A DNA stretch of 64,000 nt. Source: Eledone cirrhosa. Its lineage: Eukaryota. The position numbers and the translations under genes were made by a program. The notes beneath the pieces are model-generated. The model searched no databases and had not been told where the DNA came from. It worked only from the letters and a program-made list of their open reading frames with translations. The stretch's first letter is position 1, and each line of letters begins with the position of its first letter. The stretch lies in NCBI GenBank assembly GCA_964016885.1, contig OZ024753.1, positions 2,542,001 to 2,606,000 on the forward strand, read 5' to 3'. Positions 13,674 to 26,859 of the stretch are shown here, piece by piece.

Positions 13674-15844
13674 AAGCTCTCTGAGATGTGAATACAACAT
13701 TTGAAGTTGTGATTACAGCTGTAATCTTAAGAGTTGAACTCCCTCCTTGACCTATGATTTTCATTTGTATGATATATTAAAAAGTCAACTGAGAAGAATG
13801 CTTCAATGAGGAAAACCACAGAAAACAAAACAAATATGCGGATGTAGGTTTGTGCATTACTGATTGAAACATTCTTCTAACAGTAGGAAATAATTAGATT
13901 GAAACTTTCAAATCAGTTAATTACTGTGGTTTTGAAATCCTCTCATTGTTAGGAATCATTGTTTAAGACTTCTTGCTGTATTTATTATACACACTCATTA
14001 ACACAAATTATACCATAAAATTACTTTTAAAAAAAGAATGATAGCTGTTCACTATCATCAAATATACATTGAAAATCTCCATTTTCTGTGTTATTGCTAC
14101 AGTGGTGGCAAAGGTGGTATTTCTTTATTCCACACTAGCTTGAATTGAAGAATTCTGTAGTACAGTAAATCCTTACCAATTCAACATACTTAAATCTGAT
14201 ATTAGTTCTTCCTTTCATCATGTTGTTGGTCTTACCTTGCTAAAGTAATTTTTTCCATTGTCAGAACACCACACCTTTTCACCCACCTCTTACAAGTTAT
14301 TTACTTTACAAGTGGATGCTAACAAAGTCAATTCACCAGCTTGCATTACCCAATTATTTTAATCAAATAGGGAAAATAGACATTAAATGATGATGATGAT
14401 GAAAATGGTGTGGATGATAAGGAGGAGAATACCTAATATATTTCTCTCCTAATTTTGCAGATCTTACACATTTAATGTGTATGTCTCACAGCCATTTATG
14501 CATTAGAATCTGCAAACAGAGGTAACAGCTCATGTAATTTTGTTCACTCCTTATTCTAGGTTCTGTAATTTCATTGAAAAGAAATTACAAAAGAAAACTA
14601 AAAAAAAAAACTGTCAATGTATCTATCAAGCCATTTCAACATGTCATTTCTTCTATTTCATTCTATCAACAACTATACATAATAGTATTTCTAGCCATTG
14701 TCTTAAATAATTTTGTACTTAGAAAATATATAGGCTCAGTAGTCAACAGTTCAGAATTTTAATCTAGTTGGGTTTTATCAGCTTTGGTGCAATACAGAAG
14801 ATGCATATTCTTCTACTGATGCTGTCAATCTAGGTGAGATAGAGATTTGTCAGTTGTTATATCAGGAATATTACTTAAATATAGTAGGCAAAAAAGATTT
14901 CTGTGTGATTTTGCTGCATAAAAAACATATTACTGACTAATATAAATGACTGAATGAGACACTATGCTTACTAAACATCAGACTAACATTCCACTGTATT
15001 TCATTTTTAATAAATTGAAATGTTTGAGTTCTCCCCTTTACCCTCCCTGACAGACATTGTCATTAATTCCAATGACATTTCTACTCATTTTATGTGTTAT
15101 TTCAATAGATTAAAAAAATATCTGTCACTCACCACATTGTCATAAATTATATCCTCTCGGATATTCTAAGATATGTAATGTACATGTTAGACAGTACTTC
15201 ACTAAAGGGGATTTAATAAGAACAAATTTTGCCTTAATTCATCATTCTAAATGCTCTCTCTCTCTCCATTAAATTTATAATCCTTCTGTTATCTTATTTC
15301 TAAAGAAAAAAAAAAACACTGCATGTGATTTGCAAACAGTTTTGAAACTAATAAAGAATTTATAGAGATTAAGTTGCTGTTTGAAACATAACTTAATTTA
15401 TAAATAAAATATTTAAATTTAACTCTTTTACCTGTTTCAGCCATCCGGCTGAGGCCATGCTGGGGCACCGACGAACATTTTAAACCAAAATATTGTATCA
15501 TAGAACTAGGAGTGGATTGAAGCAGTTTCTTATCAGAATTGTTAATCAGTTTATATTTTAGTATTCTCTCCTATACTTCTTTGAACATCAGTTGTCATAT
15601 GTTCTAATGATTTTTCTTCTCATAACAGGTGTAAATTCAACCCATTAAAAATTCTGTTTGCCTCATTAAATTAAACTTTCCATCCTTTGTTTTAGATTGC
15701 TAAAATTCTATTATAATGTTTCATGGAGAGTAAACTAAAATAAACTCATATTGATTTCTCTTGTGGGTCATGGTGCAGGATGGATTGGAGAGATACAGTG
15801 AGGAGAAAGAAATAGAGATTATGGTATTCATCATTTCCAAAAGA

Positions 15845-15930
15845 ATTGTTTATATTCTTCTTCAGGCTATTCTGAAAGGTTAGTTCATTTTAGATTACTA
15901 TATTGAGCTGATGTAATTGAAGGGAGGGAA
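15845..15930 (-). repeat. Right arm of 86-bp long-range inverted repeat (partner 13588-13673)
   Basis: Direct reverse-complement alignment, 2 mismatches. Confidence 0.95.
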
Positions 15931-17142
15931 GAATTCCAAAAGAATTATTGGGTTTATGTGATATATATATATATATATATATACTAACAAACTCATATAT
16001 ATATATACTCATATAAGAATAGTCAGCAAAGAAAAACAACCCTGGAGAACAATATAGTACAATAATGTTAGTTTAATGCTTGATATAGTGGAAAAGAGCC
16101 AGAACGTTTTGGATTTTAGTCCTTCATTGGATGATAGGGAGAAAGAGAGGAGCGTTGGGAATGAAAAGAATAAATAGGAAAACAGGCAAGAATAAGAAAA
16201 GGAAGAAAATAGAAAAAAGTTAGACAGGAGAAAAAATATGCTTTGCCATTTTGAAGGCATTGCTCTTCAAGGATTTAGATGTTTAATAGCTAAAGTAATG
16301 AATTTGATTCTTGATTCTGGCTACAGGCAACATTCTGCCATTTCCCCAGCATTTTACTCTATTTGCTTCAATCAATATAGCTAAAAAAAATAAATACTAT
16401 TCCAATTTCAATCTAAATAGTATGTTAGGAAAAATACAGCCAGCTGTGAAATTGCTTCAACAATTTATTCCATTTTTGATCACAGCACATGCTAATGCAT
16501 AAAATAAAGAACACTGATGAAAATAATAAAAAAACACAACTAAATTACCAAGCTATTTTATGTTATAGCACTGCCGTTTCCAATTTCATTAGCTTAGTTT
16601 CCTTTGTTGTCACTTTCTGTTTGATGTTGTCATGTTTCACTCTGTCACTTAATTTAAATGTTGACAATGGACTCATCATTCCTCAGGTGATTTGAAATAT
16701 CTGGATAAAGATTAATTTTTTGAGCACTTTTTTGAAATGTTCACAGATCGTGCATCGGTCAAAGATTGATTTTTTAAGAGGATTACAGAATATAATGGAG
16801 TTTTAATTTTTTTTACTTCCATTTATCTTTTGTGTGAGGCATCATTTGGATGATAATGGTTTAGAAATCTGGATATTACATGCAGCTGGAGAAGGGCTTT
16901 TATTTTACAGTTGGATTATTTCCCTACAGCTAACCAATTATTTATAAACTATGTGTAAAACTGGCTGCCAGCATGGCAAATTGAGGCAATTGTTGTAACA
17001 TGCCATTGTCTCTGAGCACAATATTGTAACTATAATAGTGTTCCAGAACATACAAACAGTAGAGTTGCTTTTTATGCTCATTCAAAAAATGTTTAGAATT
17101 CTAATGAAAGTTCTGTCTATAAATTCATTTACATAATTTAAT

Positions 17143-17620
17143 TCATCATCATCATCATCATGATTTCCATTCATGGTTCGGTCTTCCCTAAACTAGTCCA
17201 GCTCCCCCCCCCCCAACTTGTGTTCGATCTTCATCTTCTCTGTTGTCTTCAGCATTTTTGGATCAACTTTCACCACTTCTGTCCAGGTTATCCTTGATCT
17301 TCCTTTTCTGCACTGCAACTACCTTAAGTTTTAGCATTTTTTCACACAATGATCATCATCCATATGCATCACATTCCTTTACTTACACCATCTTCTCTTG
17401 TTCACTGCATCTGATTCAAAGTTTTTCTCTCAGTACTTCATAATTCATGCGCACTAATATTACACATCCATTGGAGCATGCTCAACTCATTTTTCTCCTG
17501 TTTTGCACATCCTTTGTATTCACTCACTATGTATCACCACTCTTCACACACATGCAGGCATCATATAATCTAGTTTTTGCCTCAAGAAAAAATGATTTTA
17601 TTGGCATGAAATGTATCTGC
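17143..17620 (-). mobile_element. Degenerate RTE LINE 3' fragment
   Basis: (CAT)n tail at the left end; decayed homology to 46560-46990. Confidence 0.6.
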
Positions 17621-18669
17621 TGTATTTGAGTGGGCATTGATGGAGATGATGAAAAATGTGTCCTCCCCATATAGAAAGATATGTATTGAATTCTGGAGCA
17701 CATCAGAATTGATAGACTGGGGGTCAGAGACAGCTGTATCGGCACATATCACAATAGTACAAAATGACAGGAAACAACTGAGACAAGAAATATATTAAGA
17801 GTAGTTCTGACAGATTATTTGTGTATCAAACATGGTCAAAAGGTTTACTGAATCTAAGAACTATAACATTACCTTCACTGAAATCCTTGAGAGCAAGAAC
17901 CTACTGATGTAAAATAGTTTACATAGCTGTCTAGTAATTTTGGATTTATGAAAGTGAACCTGGTGAGGAGATGGATAAGCAGATATCATACATAGAGAAA
18001 ATTTTATTCAAATTTAGTTAATGCTACAGGTCGGACTCCTATTTCTAAAACTTCCATGTCAGCCAATTCCTTTGGGGAGTCAGCATTCTAGTTCTTACTT
18101 GGTTACTCAAAACATTATAGGATTCATACCGACATGGTAAAGAATACATTAGTAATCCAATCTAATGTAGTAAGTGTCATGTTATTTTAGCAAGCTACAT
18201 TACAAACTAAATATTGTAATTAAGGAGAATGTAATTTCAAGATCAGCCAAGTTCACGAAAAGATTAGTTTTTTAGTAATTAACTTAGTAATAACATAACA
18301 AAATTCAGTCGAAAAAGAACAGAAGTTTGCATTAACTTAGAGAAATAAAATTACCTTCCAGATCACTTCAGCAAGGGCAATTCATATCATACATTTTTTT
18401 TTTTAGTGCACAGAAACAATAACCTACAATAACTAAATGACAAATCTAAAGGTACATTATGAAATTTATCTGCATTGTTTCATACATTAAACAACTCACA
18501 CCTGTTTATTAAAGTTTAGTCAACCTTTAACTTAGTTATATATTGTTACGTATCATTTGATTGATACTTAAACATTGCATGTCTCTGTTTAAGAAGTTGG
18601 ATTTCCAAACATATTATTACAGGTGCAACCCACTGCATTGTATATATATATATACACACACACACATAA

Positions 18670-18845
18670 TAGAAGTGCCAAGAAATTCCAGTAGAGGAAG
18701 ACCACGAAAACATGGGCGGAGGTGGTGAGAGCTGACCTCAGATCACTGAAGCTCATGGAGGAGATGTTAAAGGACTGTGACGAATGGAGAGAATAGGACC
18801 CATCCAACCCTTACAAACAGGGAAAAGCAGACATAAAATGATGAA
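18670..18845 (+). mobile_element. RTE LINE extreme 3' fragment
   Basis: Reverse complement of 51470-51660 (AGACCACGAAAACATGGGCGGA...CAGGGAAAAGCAGACATAAAATGATGA). Confidence 0.8.
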
Positions 18846-19592
18846 GAAAGTGAGGTTTTTTAAATGTCCTACACGGGTAAAAATATAAGGAAAAGAATTT
18901 AAAAATGCAACTGGTGTCTTTTAAGAATATTTATTTACTTTACCAGTTTCACAGTTCTTATGATTATCAAAAGTACAATTGAGATGGAGGGCTTGTGCTT
19001 CTGTTGTGAGACACACCACAACAGAAACACAAACCTTCCATCTTAAAAGTATCACTTATTTCTTACAACCATTATTACATAAATCCAAAACTATTTGGCA
19101 ATTACATACCATTCCATATAACTCTCTACATACAAACTGAGTTATATATTTTTACCACCCCTTCTCTCTTTATATATATATATATTAAAGAAGGATGTAA
19201 ACACTGGCAAGTAACTGAAATTCCTGTGATCTTGGAATATAGTCACCTGTGATATTTGTTCTTCACTGAGGGTCTGACACTCTCTCATGTGTCTCATCAT
19301 CAGAGATTCACTAAAGCAGTGATTTGTTCATTAAAAACCCGTGGCTATGAATGCTATTTTACATCAATTGCAATACAAAATAGAAATAAATAATTATGCG
19401 TGTATCTAGAATGATATTTATACATGTTAAATAGCAGATGATTCAGTCAACATTTTTAATGTTTGTTGCATTATTGTTTGAGTAGACTTAAAAGGTTCAA
19501 TAATGCAACTATATAGAGATGGAATGGAAAAAGAGAAACTGGTAGAGAGAGTTGGTAATAAAGTTATACAGTTGTAGTATTAAAGATATACA

Positions 19593-19929
19593 TACATCAT
19601 TCATTATTTCATTTTACGTCCACTTTTCCCTGCTTGCAAGGGTGGGACGGAAACTGATTTTGGCTTGATTTCTACAGCTGGATGCCCTTCCTAACACCAA
19701 CCTCATTTACAGTGAGTGCTTTTTTTGCCGTGGCACCTCCACGACCACTTTGCAGTAGAATGATATGGACCCCAGTCCCTATCATCTCATTTCTACAGCT
19801 GAGTAAACTGGAGCAATGTGAAATAAAGTGTCTTGCTCAAGGAAACAACACATCACCCGATCTGAGAATTGAACTCACAACCTTTCGATTGCAAGGCCAA
19901 TGCTCTAACCACTAAGCCATGTGCCTCCA
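19593..19929 (-). mobile_element. Full-length CORE-type SINE with RTE-derived tail
   Basis: Near-identical reverse complement of 57643-57978. Confidence 0.9.
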
Positions 19930-20480
19930 TACGTACATTAAAATGTGTCACTTTATACACTTAGTGATAAATGCACATTTTAGTGTTTTGAATGCTTCCA
20001 TTTACATCTGGTAGTCATAAATAGGCAAATTCAAATATTAAAACATGTTCTGTGATGATAACTTCACAAAGTGCCATTCTCAGTTTCTATGGATTTGTAG
20101 GGAAATGCATTAAGATCATATTTTTCTTATTAGAAGTCTTTAAAATGATGGCAATATTCTTTTAGTATTCGATCTTTACATAGAATCTGAAGAGATTCCA
20201 TTATGAAAGAAAAAGAACTCAGAGAATATAGAATATTGTGTATTTGAAGCATGGGAGGTTAAAGATCAGCAAATTAAAGTGAAAGTATATATATCACCCT
20301 TTCACCTGAAGCTTTATGAAAAAGATTGTATTGGACCATAACATGTTTATAGCTATTGGCATAATTTTCTCAGTAGGTGTGTAACAATAGAAATATTATC
20401 ACTATAAAATTGTGTTTCTTTCATGCAAATAGCACCTCTCCATCACCATCATAGTAATCACTTTTTTTACTACTGTATTC

Positions 20481-21062
20481 CATCACTCCAAGAGGAAAGA
20501 AGAGAGTGAGAGCAGAGGCCAGGTTGTGGAGGTGCTTGTGAGAGCCATCACTCCAGGAGGAAAGAAGAGAGTGAGAGCAGAGGCCAGGTTGTGGAGGTGC
20601 TTGTGAGAGCCATCACTCCAAGAGGGAAGAAGAGAGTGAGAGCAGAGGCCAGGTTGTGGAGGTGCTTGTGAGAGCCATCACTCAAGGAAGGAAGAAGAGA
20701 GTGAGAGCAGAGGCCAGGTTGTGGAGGTGCTTGTGAGAGCCATCACTCAAGGAAGGAAGAAGAGAGTGAGAGCAGAGGCCAGGTTGTGGAGGTGCTTGTG
20801 AGAGCCATCACTCCAGGAAGGAAGAAGAGAGTGAGAGCAGAGGCCAGGTTGTGGAGGTGCTTGGGAGACCTTACACTCAAGGAGGGATGGAGAGAGAGTG
20901 AGAGCATATGCCAGGTCAAGGAAGTGGCCAGAGAAGACTATTACTTGGTGGAAGAAAAGAACATGCGCTAGGTTTTGAAGGTGACCTGAGAGAGCCATCA
21001 CCCAGGGAGAAAAGAAAAGAGGGTGAGAGTAGAAACTAGATCGTGGAGGTGGAGTGAGAGAG
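20481..21062. repeat. 65-bp purine-rich minisatellite, about 6 conserved plus 2-3 degenerate units
   Basis: CATCACTCCA recurs at 20481, 20546, 20611 and onward. Confidence 0.95.
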
Positions 21063-21259
21063 TCGTTATATGTAGCTATAAAGAGAGGGAGAGCAAGTGC
21101 TGGGTTTTAGAAACAGTTTTCAAGAGACAGGGTTATAAGCAGATCAGTTGGGGATTGAGGAAGGTAGGCCCATAAAATTGGTACAAAAAGGACCGAGATA
21201 CTCTTCTTTGTCAGGGCAGCATCAAATGTAAATTACAAGCATGTACATAAAGGTGAAAT

Positions 21260-21495
21260 CATGGCCTGGCTTGTTGGAATAGGCTCAGATCGTGCTGTAG
21301 CATGGCTAGGTTTGTTAGAATACGTTGTAGCATAGCCAGGCTTCTTAGAGGGTGCTATAGCATGGCCTGGCTTATTACATTGTGCTGTAGCATAACCAGG
21401 CTTCTAAGGTGGCGCCGTAGCATGGCTTGGTTTGTTAGATGGCACTGTAGCCTGGCTGTTTAGATGGAGCCCCGTGGAACGGCCAGGATACGTGG
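21260..21495 (+). repeat. Degenerate 30-bp tandem repeat (GCTGTAGCATGGCCAGGCTGTTTAGATGGT-like), start of palindrome block A
   Basis: About 8 units; related arrays at 26208-26297 (+) and 35930-36050 (-). Confidence 0.85.
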
Positions 21496-22416
21496 AACAA
21501 TCATTTCTAAATTTCACGTATGCGCATTTAACTCGATCCAAACCAAGAAAAAACAAATGGCCGTCAGTTTGTAAAATTTTTCAAGCTCTACAAAAACTCT
21601 TCCTAAATAGTTTCAGAAGAGACAGACGCAGTTTTCTGAAAGGTAACGAAGATGTTTATATTATGTTGGTAAATCTTTTCTCTTTAGTTCCCATCATAAT
21701 CAACCATCTTAACAGAAGTCTTTCTCTACTTACCGTATTTCTAATGAAATACATAGATCACGTGTTCCAATTCATGTTGAAAATAAACAATAAAATGTAG
21801 GGATTTAATAAAATTCTTTTTTATTCACAAAAAATGTATATAATGTATTTTTTTAAAACTGTTCCTAGTTTTCCCTGTAAGAGCTCAGTTGTCTATAGCA
21901 AATATTTTCGATGTATTTAAATATTTTTTTCAAGATTGAGATCAAAGACCGTAAATTGTTCATTCGATTCTTCAGCAGTATTAAGTATTTTCTGAAACTG
22001 TTGTAAATTAATTTTGTATTCTGGAGCAGATTCTACGGGCGTGTGTCTCGTATGAGGTTTTCTCTGGTGTTTTAAAGATAGGGTCCACAGACCAATTACC
22101 CGATCCCCGCCCACATATTCCTGAGAGGGTCGTGAAAGCAGACTCTTGAAACACTTCTTCCAGCGAGTCTAAGAGTTGTTTTACATCCTGTCCAGGAGGG
22201 AGTCTTGTATTCTTCGATGTTTCACGCCATGGAAATCGAGGTAAGCACCGGCGTGATGAGCCCCAGAGCTTGGGACAGACTTTAGATATCATCAACCATT
22301 TGAACAGCCTTTTTTCTTGGACACCAACCCTCGTGGTACCCTATTTCTAATGGAATACACACCCCATGCATCGCGATTAATATTGGAAAATAATGAAAAT
22401 TTTGAAGGAATTTAAT

Positions 22417-22635
22417 AATGATTTCTGATTTAGGCACAAGGCCAGCAATTTGGGGGTGTGCGGGGAAGTCGATTAAATCGAACCAGTACATTACTGGTGC
22501 TTTATTTATCGACGACGTAGGATGGAAGGCCAAGCTAACCTCGGTAGAATTTGAACTAAGAACGTAAATGGCCGTAACTCTGTGCCATAAAGCATATTGT
22601 CCGACGCACTACCGATACTGCCAATACACAGCCGT
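22417..22635 (-). mobile_element. SINE family 1, older subfamily, present in both palindrome arms
   Basis: TSD GAAGGAATTTAATAAT at 22404-22419 and 22636-22651; mirror copy at 37657-37870. Confidence 0.85.
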
Positions 22636-22693
22636 GAAGGAATTTAATAATAAAACCACCTGGCTATCGTTAAACTTGTTGCGTGTAAGTCAC

Positions 22694-22892
22694 TTAACTC
22701 TTTAGCATTTAAACCGGCCGTATCCGATCAGAATTTTCTCACCTTTTTCTGTTTAAACCAGTTGTAACTGGCCACTTATACTGATGTTAAGATATGTTCT
22801 CAAAATAAATGATATCAGAATTTCATAGATTCGATATTATGTGAGATAAAGCCTTTGCTGTGAAAATACAATAGTATATATCGAGTAATGTG
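22694..22892. mobile_element. TTAA piggyBac-like MITE, right terminus deleted
   Basis: Homologous to 2299-2515 and 63009-63220; empty TTAA site in the mirror arm at 37594-37597. Confidence 0.75.
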
Positions 22893-23277
22893 GACGGAGA
22901 TCGCCTTTGTTGTTCTTTCTCGACCAGATCCAGCTGGAACTCCTCTCGACCTCCTCTGCTATTGTCTTAAGTACTTTGAGTAACTGGGTGGAACAGGACC
23001 AGAGATATTTCATGAGATTGTACGCAGATATTTCTACCAACCCTCTCACTCCAGCCTGTGGGTTGAGAACTTTGACCTGGAAACCTACTTTTTAAAGAAA
23101 TTTCTCACTCCTGATCTCTGTCCTAGTAATCATAGCTGAAGTATTGATCGGTGTTAACAGATCGATTAAATTTTCACCACGTGAGTTCTCAATCATTAGG
23201 AGAGGATGACATCTTGGGTCAACTAGAGGTTACGATGAAACTTACCCATGTCTTGTGATCAGCCACTCCTTGTTATG

Positions 23278-23432
23278 TTTGTGATTGAGAGTTTGGCAGT
23301 GGAGACGCCAGGTACTCTTGCTCCTCACCCGACCACATCCCCATTCACGGCTATCGGAGCGGAGTTAGCAGCCAACAAGTGTGATCCACGCAAGGTGCAG
23401 TGGCTGTTTCAGTACGTCACCCTTGCCATCCT
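23278..23432 (+). mobile_element. CRE-clade RLE C-terminal fragment
   Basis: LAVETPG...IGAELAANKCDPRKVQWLFQYVTLAIL; mirror copy at 37150-37295. Confidence 0.65.
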
Positions 23433-23604
23433 CCCCAGCTCCAGAGCTCCGAGACAGACTGACCCTTAAGTTTCATTTATGGTAAGGGGCATGTCGAATA
23501 TATTTACTTAAGCACTATTGTTATATGAACTCAAATGAAAAACCTGTTTGTTTTTTTATTCACAAAAGTAATGTTGAAAATGAACAAAATATAGAGATTT
23601 AATA

Positions 23605-23785
23605 ATTGTTTCTACGTTAGGCACAGGGCCAGCAATTACCCAGTGCATTACTGGTACTTCATTTTATCGACCCCCGTAAGGATGAAAGGCAAAGTTAACC
23701 TCGGCGGGATTTGAACTCAGAATGGCCGTAACTCTATGCGTCAAAGCATGGCGTCCGACCCTCTTCCAATACTGCCAATCCACCG
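23605..23785 (-). mobile_element. SINE family 1, young copy, left arm only
   Basis: TSD GAGATTTAATAAT at 23594-23606 and 23785-23797; empty site at 36980-36992. Confidence 0.9.
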
Positions 23786-23869
23786 AGATTTAATAATGGA
23801 ATTCAACATGTTTCTTTTTGTAATCACATTGGGAGAGGGTGACATGTTGGGTAAGTGTCATCATACCGC

Positions 23870-25730
23870 CTTCTGACTGTAATTGTGTCATTCACCAATA
23901 GGCTCATCCATAGCTCCTGTCCTTCACACCTGAGGCCTCTTTTTTTTTTTCGCCTAGCGTCACCGCTCTCAGGAAGAAAGAGGGTGGCATACGCCCCATC
24001 GCTGTGGGCAATGTCTTCCGGAGGCTGGCTGCTAAGGTGGTTTGCAGGTCCATCACACCTGAACTGAGTAAGGAGTTCAGTCCAGTGCAACTGAGTGTGG
24101 GCCTGTCCAGTGGCTGTGAGGGGGCCACACATGCAACCAGGCACTTCTTCAATAGCTGCCCACCTGAATCGGCATCCAGGGACTCCAGGCGCCCTATTGT
24201 CAAGCTTGACATGACGAATGCGTTCAACTACATACGCCGTGACCATCTGCTCGATTCCTGCCTCAGCCGAGTCCCCTCTGCCTACCTGTCATATGGAACC
24301 TTGCTGCTGATACGGTCATACCTTCAGCCACTGGGGTCTAACAGAGTGACTATTTGGGCCCCCCTCCTGTTTGCTCTTGGTGTAGACGACATTGCTCAGA
24401 GTATCACATCCCCTCTCAACGTTTGGTACCTGGATGATGCTACGTTGGGTTTGCCATGACCTACAATAGGTGGGTCCTGTCCTGGCGGGAATCAGCCTCC
24501 AGGTCAATTCATCCAAGTCGGAAGTGGTTAATGTCAACCAATATGCGGAGAGCTTTGCAGCCTCGGACGTACGGCCCATTCTTCACCAGGTATAGGTGAC
24601 ACCCAAAGACGATGTCCTCATTCTCGGATCACCGATTCACCCGCTCCAACATCAGGTCCAGGCTCCAGCAACTCAGGACTTTCACCAGTCGACTGGGCAT
24701 GATTGACTGTCACCCAGCCCTCTTCCTGTTAAGGAACTGCTTCGCAATGCGGAAGCTTCTCAGCCCTCCGTCCTACAGCCACGCATCTCTCCTCGCTTAC
24801 CTTGACACTTGTATCCGAGCGGCAGCTGAGGAGAGATGCAACATCAGGTGGCAACAGGCCACCTTACCTGTTAGACATGGTGGCCTTGGCCTCCGGTCCC
24901 CGATATCGCTGGCTTTGCCGGCGTTTCTTTCGTTCGCAACCTCATACCGCGTCCTCGTCAGCAAGGTTCTCAGAGACAATGGAACCCTCTGTAATCGAGG
25001 AACGTGAGGCCGCCTGCGAGACGTGGGACTTAACCCAGTAGATGTCTCTCCTCCTACCCCCTGCTGATGCCAAGTACTCCCAAAGCATTTAGGATGCCAT
25101 CCAGTGAAGCCTGGTCTCAGACAGGCTCACGCGCCAGCTCGACCCGCACCGCCTTGCCTGTTTTCGCGTGGCCTCCAACCCCACAGTGGTGCCTGGCTCC
25201 ATGCCTTACCCTCATCCACTGGCACGCATCTGGATAACGACAGCCAGTGCATCAGCGTTTCCCTGAGGCTTGGCCTCCGGATCTGCAATCCACACAAATG
25301 TTGCTGCAGATCCACCCTGGAGTCTTTCGGCCTCCACCCGCTACAGTGCTGGCCGCCTTCCACGCTATGCTGCCCTCAACGAGGTCATAAAGTATGGTTT
25401 CCTTGCTGCAGGCTACCTCTCCCAGTTTGAGTCGGTGGGGCTGGACCGAGGGACGGCAAAAGGTATGACTATCATCCCGTTCCGCGGTGGCAAACCCCTC
25501 GTCTGGGATGCCACGACACTTTTCCCAGCCGCAGTCTGTGACTAACCGAGGTTCTGCTGCACTTCGGACCGAAGAGTGCAAGCTCTCCGACAGGTTTACA
25601 ATCGTGCCCTAGGGCTACCTCCCTACTCACAACCATAGGCGCTGAGCTCGTGTGAGTCTCGCGAAAGGGAATGGCTCTTCCAGCGCATCCCCCTGACCAT
25701 CCTCCGGGGAAACGCCTTCATTATGTCCGC
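23870..25730 (+). pseudogene. CRE-clade non-LTR retrotransposon, degraded reverse transcriptase plus zinc knuckle and restriction-like endonuclease
   Basis: Stitched frames: KKEGGIRPIAVGNVFRRLAAK...KLDMTNAFN...GPLLFALG...LNVWYLDD...QATLPVRHGGLGLR...GAWLHALPS...PHKCCC...RYAALNEVI...GMTIIPFRGGKPLVWDAT...WLFQRIPLTILRGNA; many frameshifts and stops. Confidence 0.9.
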
Positions 25731-26859
25731 CGAGGCTATGGGGCGGCCAGCGCGTGGGACCCCATTTGCTCATAATATAGAGAGATGGAGGCGATGACAG
25801 TGGCTGTTCAGCTCTTCCGTGTTCGGACACATTGCACCTGTCATATGGATCATATGATAATTTCATTTTACTTGTGGTGTTGCAGCCAACGTTTAGAGTA
25901 TATTACGGCAATTCTACCTCCATGCGGCCAATAGTTACATCTAACGTCCCTGATATAAGGTTGGGTCTGTATGTCCCTCCATACGGCAGCTGTTGCTTCT
26001 AATATAAGGCTGGGTCTGTTTTTTAACGTCCCTTACATAGAGTTTATTGTGATAGCTGTCCCCCACACGGCAGCTGTGTTTGTCTTTTAACATTCCAAGA
26101 ACTGGGGTCATGTGTCAATCGCACACCCTTAAACCTGGAATCCATCAAGGTACGTATTAGTCACATTTGTATCGATTTTTTAAATTATTCTTTGATGAAA
26201 TGATACATGCTGTAGTATGGCCAGGCTGTTTAGATGGTGTTGTAGCATGGGCAGGGATCTTAGATGGTGCTGTAGTATGGCCAGGATACTTGGAACATGC
26301 GCACTGAGTTTCTAAATCTTGCGCTTGCGCATTCTACTCCATCCAAAGCAAACAAACAAAAAATGGCCATCAGTTTGTAGAATTTTACAAGCTTTATAAA
26401 AACTCTTGCTAAATGGTTTAACAATGGATAATAGCAGCTTACCGAAAGGTAACGTAGATTTTTATAGATCTTTCTCTCCTCTGTTCCTTTGTCTTTATCA
26501 AATCCTTCTGTCGACTATTTCTCCTCACCAGATCAAACTCGCTCCCACTTAGCAATATGTTTCGATTGTTGACTTTTCCAAAAGTTTCCCACCCCTTGCA
26601 ATCTTTCCGAGGTACACACAATAAGTCCAAATGTTCTCCATCTATGTTTTAAACCCTTTTTCTCCCATTTGACTGAAGGGAATTAATAACATTTATTTTT
26701 TATTCACAGAAAATATGTCGATTGTATTTTTTTTAAACACTTCTAGTTTTAGTTAATATTTAGGTGTATTTAAATGCTTTTTTCAAGATTGAGATCAAAG
26801 ACCTTAAATTGTTTATTCACTTACGTTCATTGGGAATTTTCGCCCTCAACCGTAACACC

